The notes beneath the pieces were generated by a model. The model ran no database searches and had not been told where the DNA came from. It worked only from the letters and a program-made list of their open reading frames with translations. A program made the position numbers and the translations under genes. 64,000 nt of DNA, taken from contig JBNMHS010000005.1 in the NCBI GenBank assembly GCA_050872885.1, forward strand, positions 2,636-66,635, written 5' to 3'. The DNA is from Acetatifactor sp. (GTDB lineage: Bacteria; Bacillota; Clostridia; Lachnospirales; Lachnospiraceae). Shown one piece after another: positions 17,317-25,769 of the stretch (within the stretch, counting starts at the first letter, position 1; every line of letters begins with the position of its first letter).

Positions 17317-19191
17317 ATGAACGAAAAGTTAGCATTAAACGATGATATCCTGATGAAAATCGAAAAACCGGCCCGTTACATCGGTAACGAGGTCAATGCT
17401 GTAGTGAAGGACAAAAACAGTGTTGATGTCCGTTTCTGTATGTGTTTCCCGGATGTCTATGAAATCGGTATGTCCCATCTGGGGATCCAGATCCTGTACG
17501 GCATGCTCAACTCCTGGGAGGACGTCTGGTGTGAGCGTGTATATTCTCCCTGGGTGGATCTGGATGCCATTATGCGGCAGGAGCAGATTCCGCTGTTTGC
17601 CCTGGAAAGTCAGGATCCGGTGAAGGATTTTGATTTTCTGGGAATCACCATTCAGTACGAGATGTGTTATACCAATATTTTACAGGTTCTGGATCTGGCA
17701 GGAATTCCGTTACTTTCCACAGAGCGAGGCGAAGACTGTCCTATTGTGATCGGCGGCGGCCCCTGCACCTATAATCCGGAACCCATTGCCGATTTCTTTG
17801 ATATTTTCTATATCGGTGAAGGTGAGACCCAGTATCGTCCGCTGATCGATCTCTATAAAAAATGCCGGGAAGAGAAGGCCGGCCGGGAAGAATTCTTACG
17901 CCGGGCTGCCGGACTGCCGGGGATGTATGTGCCTCGCTTTTATGAGACAACCTATCACGAAGACGGTACCATTGCATCCTTCCGTCCTACAAGAGAGGGA
18001 ATCCCCGCCACCATCCGCAAAGAACTGGTAACAGATATGACAGACAGCTTTTATCCCATGAAGCCTGTGGTTCCCTATATTAAGGTCACTCAGGACAGGG
18101 TAGTGCTGGAGATTCAGAGAGGATGCATCCGCGGATGCCGTTTCTGCCAGGCCGGACAACTGTATCGTCCGGTCAGGGAACGTGATGTGGAAGTCCTGAA
18201 GAAATATGCCATGGAGATGTTGAAAAACACAGGGCATGAGGAAATTTCCCTCAGTTCTTTAAGCTCCAGCGATTACAGTAAGCTGCCGGAACTAATCGAT
18301 TTTCTGATCGAAGAATGTGATAAGAGACATATCAATATTTCCCTGCCGTCTCTTCGTATCGATGCTTTTTCGCTGGATGTCATGAGCAAGGTACAGGACG
18401 TGAAAAAATCCAGCCTGACTTTTGCGCCGGAGGCAGGCAGCCAGAGACTGCGTGATGTGATAAATAAAGGTCTCACCGAAGAAGTCATTCTCCAGGGATC
18501 CGCTCTGGCCTTTGAGGGAGGCTGGACCAGAGTCAAGTTGTATTTCATGCTGGGTCATCCTACCGAGACCGAAGAAGATATCCGCGGAATTGCCGAACTG
18601 TCCAACAAGATCGCAGCCACCTTCTTTGATGTGGTTCCGAAGGAGAAGCGGGTCAACGGCAGAGTCCAGATCGTCACCAGTACCTCTTTCTTCGTACCGA
18701 AGCCTTTTACTCCTTTTCAGTGGGCTCCCCAGTGTACGAAAGAAGAGTTCGTGGAAAAGGCATACCTGACCAGAAAAGCCATCTCCGAACAGTTGAATCA
18801 GAAGAGTATCAAATACAACTGGCACGAAGCGGATGTCAGCGTTCTGGAAGGTGTCCTGGCCAGAGGTGACCGCCGCCTTTCCAAAGTGCTGTTATATGTC
18901 TATAACAAGGGCTGTTTCTATGATGCCTGGAGCGAATATTTTCACAATGATATCTGGATGGAAGCTTTTGAGGCCTGCGGTCTGGATCCGGATTTCTATT
19001 CACACAGAGAACGTCCTTTGGATGAGATTCTTCCATGGGATTTCCTGGATTGTGGTGTCTCCAGAGCTTTTCTGGAAAGAGAATGGCAGAAAGCCAAAAA
19101 TGAGACGATCTCTCCGAACTGTAAACAGGCCTGTCAGGGATGCGGTGCCGCCAGATTCGGCTGCGGTATCTGTGTAGAGCCCAGAGGCTGA
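17317..19191 (+). CDS. B12-binding-like domain radical SAM protein, TIGR03960-type (uncharacterised)
   Basis: 624 aa. CxxxCxxC motif GCIRGCRFCQAG at 18124-18147. N-terminal DVRFCMCFPDVYEIGMSHLGIQILY. C-terminal extra Cys cluster CKQACQGCGAARFGCGIC. Confidence 0.9.
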   Translation: MNEKLALNDDILMKIEKPARYIGNEVNAVVKDKNSVDVRFCMCFPDVYEIGMSHLGIQILYGMLNSWEDVWCERVYSPWVDLDAIMRQEQIPLFALESQDPVKDFDFLGITIQYEMCYTNILQVLDLAGIPLLSTERGEDCPIVIGGGPCTYNPEPIADFFDIFYIGEGETQYRPLIDLYKKCREEKAGREEFLRRAAGLPGMYVPRFYETTYHEDGTIASFRPTREGIPATIRKELVTDMTDSFYPMKPVVPYIKVTQDRVVLEIQRGCIRGCRFCQAGQLYRPVRERDVEVLKKYAMEMLKNTGHEEISLSSLSSSDYSKLPELIDFLIEECDKRHINISLPSLRIDAFSLDVMSKVQDVKKSSLTFAPEAGSQRLRDVINKGLTEEVILQGSALAFEGGWTRVKLYFMLGHPTETEEDIRGIAELSNKIAATFFDVVPKEKRVNGRVQIVTSTSFFVPKPFTPFQWAPQCTKEEFVEKAYLTRKAISEQLNQKSIKYNWHEADVSVLEGVLARGDRRLSKVLLYVYNKGCFYDAWSEYFHNDIWMEAFEACGLDPDFYSHRERPLDEILPWDFLDCGVSRAFLEREWQKAKNETISPNCKQACQGCGAARFGCGICVEPRG

Positions 19192-19239
19192 TCAGCGGAG
19201 TGACGTCGGAAGATAGATTACGGAGTTAAGAGTAAAATT

Positions 19240-19971
19240 ATGAAATTAAGAATCAAATTCAAGAAATACGGACCGGTACGTTTTATCGGTCATCTGGATG
19301 TGATGCGCTTTTTCCAGAAAGCCAACCGGAGAGCAGAGCTGGATGTGGCCTATACCGGAGGTTTTAGTCCTCATCAGATCATGTCCTTTGCCGCACCTCT
19401 GGGTGTGGGACTGACCAGCAACGGTGAATACATGGATCTGGAAGTACATTCCCTGACCACCTGTGAAGATGTAAAGCAGCGGCTCAATGCCGCATCCGTG
19501 CCCGGCATAGAGATCACCTCGGTGAAAATTCTGCCGGACAAGGCTGGAAATGCCATGGCCAGTGTAGCCGCCGCCGGATATACGGTAACTTTCCGGGAGG
19601 GCAGAGGCCCTCATTTTGACCTGCTCCCTGCCGTGGACCATTTTCTTGCCAAAGAAGAGATCCTGATCACCAAGGAGACGAAAAAAGGCAGCCGGGAGAT
19701 CAACCTGAAAGAAGGCATCTATGAGATGAAAGCAGCGGACAACGGTAAACTTTATCTGCTGGTCGATGCCTCCAGTGCGGGTAATATCAAGCCCATTCAG
19801 GTAATCGAGGCCTTATTTGCCGAAAACGGTGAAACTCTGCCGGAAAATGCTCTTCTGGTCAACAGGGAAGAGACTTATCTGAGAAATGATGCGGGAGAAC
19901 TTCAGCCCCTGGATGCTATCGGCTATGACAGCGAGGAGGCTTACCGGGCCGCTTCCGGAGACAGCCAATGA
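19240..19971 (+). CDS. Radical-SAM-linked protein, TIGR03936/DUF2344-type
   Basis: 243 aa. KKYGPVRFIGHLDVMRFFQKANRRAELDVAYTGGFSPHQIMSFAAPLGVG matches my memory of the family N-terminus. It directly follows the TIGR03960-type gene. Confidence 0.85.
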   Translation: MKLRIKFKKYGPVRFIGHLDVMRFFQKANRRAELDVAYTGGFSPHQIMSFAAPLGVGLTSNGEYMDLEVHSLTTCEDVKQRLNAASVPGIEITSVKILPDKAGNAMASVAAAGYTVTFREGRGPHFDLLPAVDHFLAKEEILITKETKKGSREINLKEGIYEMKAADNGKLYLLVDASSAGNIKPIQVIEALFAENGETLPENALLVNREETYLRNDAGELQPLDAIGYDSEEAYRAASGDSQ

Positions 19972-20054
19972 GCCGCAGTCTTACCGGTGGAAGACCGGCC
20001 AGGGAAAAAGAAGTAAATCAGATCCGCCGGGATACGGACTGCACAGAGGGAAAA

Positions 20055-21077
20055 ATGATCTTCACCTGCCTGCGGGAGCGAAAAGCGGCTGTGCTTATCA
20101 ATGCCGGAGGAATCGTTGCCATGCGTATACTGCGTCCGGATTCCAGCAGGATCGGGGGCATCTACCTTGGAAAGATACAGAATGTGGCGAAAAATATCGA
20201 TGCCTGCTTTGTGGAGATTGCCCCCGGAGAATTATGTTTTCTGCCTCTCAGGGAATCGGGCACTGCATATCTGACTAACCGTAAAGCCGACGGAACGCTG
20301 AAAGCAGGTGACGAACTGGTAGTCATGGTCACCAGAGATGCCCAGAAAACAAAACGCGCCTCTGCCACTGCAGATCTTTCCGGGATGAAACAGACATTTG
20401 CCAAAAAAGGCTTCACCCCTGAGGACGCTTCCAAAGCCCTTCAGAGCCTTTTGGAACAGGCTGACCATAAAGTATGCTTTACCTGTCTTTTTAAGCCTTC
20501 TGAGGCCGTTTACGAGGCTTTGGAGCAACTGGCTGCTCCCGAAGAATACAGTGAGATCCTTACGGATGATCCGGATATTTTTCGGAAGCTGTCTGAAGGC
20601 AGTGATTCTCTGATAAGTCAAAAGTCCCTCAGGTTCTATGAAGACCCGGCGGTCTCCTTACGATTGCTGTATTCGCTGGAGCGAGGCATGGACGAAGCAC
20701 TGGATACGAGAGTATGGTTAAAATGCGGCGGCTATCTTGTCATTGAACCTACCGAGGCCATGACAGTGATCGATGTCAATTCCGGCAAAAATGAGGCTAA
20801 AAAAACAGGAGAGGATACTTATTATCAGGTGAACCGGGAAGCTGCCGAAGAAGTAGCAAGGCAGTTACGCCTGCGGAATCTGTCCGGTATTATTATCGTT
20901 GATTTCATCAATATGTCTGAAAAGGAACGGCAAAGGGATCTGCTGGAGACTTTAAAAAGACTGACCGCAAAAGATCCCCAGCATCCCCGGATCGTGGACA
21001 TGACACCGTTGGGACTGGTAGAGATCACCCGCAAAAAATCCCATCCCACGCTTGCGGAACAATTTAAAAAAATGTAA
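20055..21077 (+). CDS. Short, divergent RNase E/G-family ribonuclease
   Basis: ATG at 20055 follows GAGGG; the alternative ATG at 19968 overlaps the upstream stop. S1-like segment IYLGKIQNVAKNIDACFVEI. Catalytic motifs IDVNSG and IIVDFINM are present. The protein ends about where the Zn-link starts in E. coli RNase E. Confidence 0.8.
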   Translation: MIFTCLRERKAAVLINAGGIVAMRILRPDSSRIGGIYLGKIQNVAKNIDACFVEIAPGELCFLPLRESGTAYLTNRKADGTLKAGDELVVMVTRDAQKTKRASATADLSGMKQTFAKKGFTPEDASKALQSLLEQADHKVCFTCLFKPSEAVYEALEQLAAPEEYSEILTDDPDIFRKLSEGSDSLISQKSLRFYEDPAVSLRLLYSLERGMDEALDTRVWLKCGGYLVIEPTEAMTVIDVNSGKNEAKKTGEDTYYQVNREAAEEVARQLRLRNLSGIIIVDFINMSEKERQRDLLETLKRLTAKDPQHPRIVDMTPLGLVEITRKKSHPTLAEQFKKM

Positions 21078-21100
21078 TTGCATAAGTCTGAAGGCTTTGA

Positions 21101-21132
21101 GCCGGCCGGCGGTAACGCTGACCGGTTTTTTT
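21101..21132 (+). terminator. Probable terminator after the RNase E/G gene
   Basis: A short GC-rich CCGG-type stem (GCCGG 21105-21109 / CCGGT 21122-21126) is followed by T7 (21126-21132). The stem is weak. Confidence 0.4.
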
Positions 21133-21216
21133 GCTATATTTCACAATTTTCGGAAACTCTTTTTGTAAAAATCGTTTCTTGAATCTTATGTTCAAAAATG
21201 GTACTCTGATCCTATA

Positions 21217-21244
21217 GGAAACCAAAAAATGCATTTAAGTTTCC
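21217..21244. promoter_or_regulatory. Palindromic candidate operator upstream of the TetR gene
   Basis: GGAAAC-N16-GTTTCC, enclosing the perfect palindrome AAATGCATTT, about 45 nt upstream of the tetR start. Confidence 0.35.
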
Positions 21245-21286
21245 AGCGTTGAAAAAATATAAAAATACAAATGGAGGAAACAGGTT

Positions 21287-21886
21287 ATGGATGCCACAGA
21301 AGGTCTGCAAAAGAGTATTCTCGATGCCACACTTCGTGTCTTCGATAAGAAGGGATTGAAATTCACGATGGACGATCTGGCGAAAGAATTATCCATCAGT
21401 AAGAAAACCATCTATACGGTGTATGATGACAAAGAAGCCCTGTTCCTTGCTACGGTGGACTATATTTTTGATTCCATCAAGGAAAGCGAGCAGATGATCC
21501 TGACGGATCCGTCTCTCAGTGTTGTGGAAAAGCTGCACAATATTCTGGGAGTGCTTCCGGAAGGCTACCAGAATATCGATCTGCGGAAATTGTACTCTCT
21601 CCGGGATAAATATCCAAAAATTTACCGGAAAGTGGAGCTGCGGCTGGAAACCGGCTGGGAACCCACGATCCAGCTGATCGAACTGGGAATGGCAGAGGGC
21701 AGTATCCGTCCGGTTCCCATCTGTCTGGTCAAAATGATGCTGGAAGCCTCCATCGAGCAGTTCTTCCAACGGGATATTCTCACACGGAATCAGCTGACGT
21801 ATGCCGATGCCCTGAAAGAGGTCGTGGATATTCTCATGTATGGCATTGCACAGAAATCGGACGAAACTGATAAATGCATTAGATAG
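21287..21886 (+). CDS. TetR/AcrR-family transcriptional regulator
   Basis: 199 aa. N-terminal HTH FTMDDLAKELSISKKTIYTVYDDKEALF. Confidence 0.85.
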   Translation: MDATEGLQKSILDATLRVFDKKGLKFTMDDLAKELSISKKTIYTVYDDKEALFLATVDYIFDSIKESEQMILTDPSLSVVEKLHNILGVLPEGYQNIDLRKLYSLRDKYPKIYRKVELRLETGWEPTIQLIELGMAEGSIRPVPICLVKMMLEASIEQFFQRDILTRNQLTYADALKEVVDILMYGIAQKSDETDKCIR

Positions 21887-21914
21887 CATTCAGCGATCAG
21901 GAAAGGAATGAACT

Positions 21915-24338
21915 ATGAATCAGAGGATTTATTTAAATGAAAACTGGCTTTTTTCCGAACAGTTTCAGGACGAAATGACTGCCGGCGAATATCCTGAGGA
22001 AAATTTACAGTCTGTCAGGATTCCTCATACCTGTAAGGAGACGCCGCTTCACTATTTTGACGAATCCCTTTACCAGATGGTCAGCGGTTACAGACGTCAT
22101 CTGCATGTCCCCACGGAGTGGCAGGGAAAACGGATTCTGCTTACCTTCGAAGGGGCTGCTCATGACAGTACTGTATTTTGCAACGGAAATAAAGTAGGGG
22201 AACATCATTGCGGTTATACCGCATTTACCGTAGATCTGAGCGAAGCGGTCAATTACGGACAGGATAATCTGTTATGTGTCCGTCTGGACAGCAGAGAGGA
22301 CTTGAATGTCCCTCCCTTCGGCTATGTGATCGACTATATGACCTACGGCGGCATCTACCGGGATGTATATCTGGAAGTAAAGGAGCCTGTTGCCCTCCGG
22401 GATATTTTTGTGCATACGCAGTTAACACCCGGGGCTGCCACGTTGACTTCCGAGATCACTTTTTATGAAGTTTCGCAAGGCCTTCAGATCAGACAATATT
22501 TTGCGTTACGAGACGATACCGCAGAGAAGCATTCTGACTGGCAGCCGCTCTGTGAACAGACCGTTTCCGCGGATACCGCAGCCGGACAGCCGATCATTCT
22601 CCGGGGAACCATTCCCAATCCCGTCTTATGGGATACGGAGCATCCGCAACTGTATCTTTTAAAAACCCAGCTTTGGCAGGAAGACCGGCTTTTAGAGGAA
22701 ACGGAGACTACCTTTGGCATCCGGGAAGTTGTTTTCCAAAAAGACGGTTTCTACCTCAATGGCAAAAAGCTCCGGATACGCGGCTTAAATCGTCACCAGA
22801 GCTATCCTTATGTGGGATATGCCATGCCGGAGAGCATGCAGAAACTTGATGCCGATCTGTTAAAAAAAGAATTGGGTGTCAATGCTGTCCGGACCTCACA
22901 TTATCCGCAAAGTCATTATTTTCTGAACCGCTGTGATGAACTGGGACTGTTGGTATTCACGGAGTTCCCCGGCTGGCAGCATATCGGCGATGAAGCCTGG
23001 AAGTCACAGGCGATAACAAATGCGGAAGATATGATCCGCCAGTATCGCAATCATCCCTCTATTATCTTATGGGGAGTGCGGATCAATGAATCTCCCGACG
23101 ATGATCCTTTTTACGAAAAAACCAATGCTGTCGCCCACAGACTGGACCCCACAAGACAGACAGGCGGTGTCCGTGCCATTAAAAAAAGCCATCTTCTGGA
23201 AGATGTCTATACGTATAATGATTTTTTACATGATGGTGAGACTCCCGGATGTGATCCAAAATCGAAAGTTACTTCCGATGCCGACAAGCCTTATCTGATC
23301 AGTGAATATAACGGACACATGTATCCCACAAAAGCTTTCGACAATGAAGAACGCCGCAGTGAACATGCGATCCGGCATGCAAATGTACTGGATGCAGTAG
23401 CGGGACAGAAGGATATTGCCGGAAGCTTCGGCTGGTGTATGTTCGATTACAACACCCATAAAGATTTCGGAAGCGGAGACCGGATCTGTTACCACGGTGT
23501 GATGGATATGTTCCGGAATCCCAAGCTTGCAGCTTCTGTTTATGCCTGTGAGCAGGAAGAGACACCGGTACTGGAGATCACATCTTCCATGGATATCGGT
23601 GAGCACCCCGGATGCAATCGCGGCAATATATGGATCCTGTCAAATGCCGACAGTGTAAAGATGTACAAAAACGACCGCTTTATCAAGGAATACCGGCCGG
23701 AAATGTCTCCCTATAAATACTTAAAGCACGGGCCGGTATTGATCGATGACTTTATCGGTGATTCCTTTGAAAAGAATGAACGTTTCAAGCCCAAGCATGC
23801 AAAGCAGATGGTAGATGCCATGAACCTGGTAGCCAGAGGGAGCCTGAACCATATTCCGAAGCGGCTCTATCTTACCGCTCTAAAGCTGGCCTTGATCTAT
23901 CATCTTGATTTTGACGAGGTTTCAAAGCTTTATACAAAATATATCGGTGACTGGGGCGGTACCGCGACTGTATACCGGTTTGATGCCATCAAAAACGGCA
24001 GCGTCGTAAAAAGTGTTACAAAGGAGCCGGTTATGGATCTTCAGTTATCAGCCAAAGCAGACCATACCCGGTTATGTGAACATCACAGCTATGATGTGGC
24101 TCTGGTACGGATCGAAGCGCAGGATTCTCATGGAAATGTACTTCCTTTTTATCAGGAACCGGTACGGCTGTCCACAGAAGGTGACATTGCTATCATCGGA
24201 CCTGACACAATTTCCTTACAGGGCGGTATGGGCGGCACCTATGTAAAGAGTCTTGGAAAAAGCGGTCAGGGAACCTTGATCTTACATTCAGATACTGCAG
24301 GAGAACAGCGAATCGCGTTTACAGTATCTGTTTTATGA
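21915..24338 (+). CDS. Glycoside hydrolase family 2 enzyme (beta-galactosidase-like)
   Basis: 807 aa. Sugar-binding N-domain (NENWLF...LTFEGAAHDSTVFCNG). TIM barrel with NAVRTSHYP, acid/base region WGVRINES and nucleophile region ISEYNGH. Confidence 0.85.
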   Translation: MNQRIYLNENWLFSEQFQDEMTAGEYPEENLQSVRIPHTCKETPLHYFDESLYQMVSGYRRHLHVPTEWQGKRILLTFEGAAHDSTVFCNGNKVGEHHCGYTAFTVDLSEAVNYGQDNLLCVRLDSREDLNVPPFGYVIDYMTYGGIYRDVYLEVKEPVALRDIFVHTQLTPGAATLTSEITFYEVSQGLQIRQYFALRDDTAEKHSDWQPLCEQTVSADTAAGQPIILRGTIPNPVLWDTEHPQLYLLKTQLWQEDRLLEETETTFGIREVVFQKDGFYLNGKKLRIRGLNRHQSYPYVGYAMPESMQKLDADLLKKELGVNAVRTSHYPQSHYFLNRCDELGLLVFTEFPGWQHIGDEAWKSQAITNAEDMIRQYRNHPSIILWGVRINESPDDDPFYEKTNAVAHRLDPTRQTGGVRAIKKSHLLEDVYTYNDFLHDGETPGCDPKSKVTSDADKPYLISEYNGHMYPTKAFDNEERRSEHAIRHANVLDAVAGQKDIAGSFGWCMFDYNTHKDFGSGDRICYHGVMDMFRNPKLAASVYACEQEETPVLEITSSMDIGEHPGCNRGNIWILSNADSVKMYKNDRFIKEYRPEMSPYKYLKHGPVLIDDFIGDSFEKNERFKPKHAKQMVDAMNLVARGSLNHIPKRLYLTALKLALIYHLDFDEVSKLYTKYIGDWGGTATVYRFDAIKNGSVVKSVTKEPVMDLQLSAKADHTRLCEHHSYDVALVRIEAQDSHGNVLPFYQEPVRLSTEGDIAIIGPDTISLQGGMGGTYVKSLGKSGQGTLILHSDTAGEQRIAFTVSVL

Positions 24339-24404
24339 TATCTGCAGAAATAGTTTGCCGGGTATCTTACGAAATACCGGCGGAAAGGGCAAAAGGGTTA
24401 CATT

Positions 24405-25766
24405 ATGAATTTAAGCGGAAAAGAAAAATTTTCTTACGGACTTGGTGCGGTAGGCAAAGATATGGTATACATGCTGTCCGCAAGCTATATTTTGTATTAT
24501 TATCAGGATATTTTAGGGGTAAATGCCATTGCTATGGGAATCATTCTCATGGCTGCCAGAGTCTTTGATGCCTTTAACGATCCATTCATGGGCGTCATTG
24601 TTGCAAAGACAAAGACAAAATGGGGCAAATTCCGTCCCTGGCTGATGATCGGTACCGTGACCAATGCTATCGTATTATTTCTGATGTTCTCCGCACCGCC
24701 TGCCTTAAACGGCAGCGGTCTGGTGGCATATGCTGCTATAACCTACATCCTCTGGGGCGTAACTTATACCATGATGGACATTCCTTTCTGGTCCATGATC
24801 CCGGCATTTACCCACAGCGGTAAAGAGCGTGAAGACCTGTCAACGTTAGGCCGTTCCTGTGCCGGCGTCGGTTCCGCCATCATCACGGTGATCACAATGA
24901 TCTGTGTCAACGCACTGGGCGGTGGGGAAGAGAGAACCGGTTTCTCAAGATTTGCGCTGATCGTTGCTGTTCTGTTTGTTGTATTTATTACGGTAACCTG
25001 TCTGAATATCAAGGAAAAATCCACCGTGGACGTAGATGCACCTTCCATCGGCCAGATGTTCAAGGCACTCGTGCAAAACGATCAGGCAATGGCTGTGGTC
25101 ATCACGATCGTGCTGATCAATTGTGCCATCTACACGACCTCGAATCTGGTAATTTACTTTTTCAAATATGATTTCGGCGGTGACTCCTGGTACAATTCCT
25201 ACACCCTGTTCAATACTTTCGGCGGTGCGGTACAGATTCTATCCATGATGCTGTTGTTCCCGCTGCTTCGTAAATTCATGAATACCATCCGGATCTTTTA
25301 TGTCAGCTTCCTCATGGCAATTGCGGGATATGCAGTTTTATTAATATTATGCTTCACAAATATGAGCAGTGTGTTCCTGCTGTTCATTCCGGGCTTTTTG
25401 ATCTTTGCAGCCAACGGAATGCTGACCGTACTGACTACGGTATTTCTGGCCAACACTGTGGATTACGGTCAGTGGAAAAATCACCGCAGAGACGAGAGTG
25501 TCATTTTCTCCATGCAGACCTTCGTAGTAAAACTGGCATCCGGTGTAGCAGCGTTAGTAGCCTCTCTGTGCCTTAGTATCTGTCATCTGAACTCCGATAC
25601 CAGTGATACGGTTTCAGCCGTTACTGAAGCTGCCGGAGGCTCTGTGATAGGGTTAAGAATGACCATGACACTGTTCCCGATTCTCTTACTGGTCATTGGT
25701 GTCATTTTCTTTCATAAAAAATATCAGCTGACAGAGGAACGCTTAAAAGAAATTCAGGAGGCATAA
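24405..25766 (+). CDS. Glycoside-pentoside-hexuronide (GPH):cation symporter, MelB/YicJ-like
   Basis: 453 aa, about 12 TM. GPH signature KFSYGLGAVGKD...ARVFDAFNDPFMGVIVAKTKTKWGKFRPWL. Confidence 0.9.
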   Translation: MNLSGKEKFSYGLGAVGKDMVYMLSASYILYYYQDILGVNAIAMGIILMAARVFDAFNDPFMGVIVAKTKTKWGKFRPWLMIGTVTNAIVLFLMFSAPPALNGSGLVAYAAITYILWGVTYTMMDIPFWSMIPAFTHSGKEREDLSTLGRSCAGVGSAIITVITMICVNALGGGEERTGFSRFALIVAVLFVVFITVTCLNIKEKSTVDVDAPSIGQMFKALVQNDQAMAVVITIVLINCAIYTTSNLVIYFFKYDFGGDSWYNSYTLFNTFGGAVQILSMMLLFPLLRKFMNTIRIFYVSFLMAIAGYAVLLILCFTNMSSVFLLFIPGFLIFAANGMLTVLTTVFLANTVDYGQWKNHRRDESVIFSMQTFVVKLASGVAALVASLCLSICHLNSDTSDTVSAVTEAAGGSVIGLRMTMTLFPILLLVIGVIFFHKKYQLTEERLKEIQEA

Positions 25767-25769
25767 GCT

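Noticed and set aside
21915-24338. The GH2 enzyme as a beta-glucuronidase, since the TetR-GH2-GPH layout resembles E. coli gusR-uidA-uidB.
   Set aside because: E. coli GUS, as I remember it, carries the glucuronate-recognising N-x-K motif (…GGNKKGIF…). At that position this protein reads DRICYHGVM, which is closer to the LacZ-type FCMNGLV. The locus also ends with a GH36 alpha-galactosidase. Only an alignment and an assay can settle the question.
24358-24380. A hairpin, CCGG(G)TAT...ATACCGG, between the GH2 and GPH genes, considered as a terminator.
   Set aside because: It is a 7-bp bulged stem with no U-tract, lying 25 nt before the next start codon. At most it is a processing or stability element.
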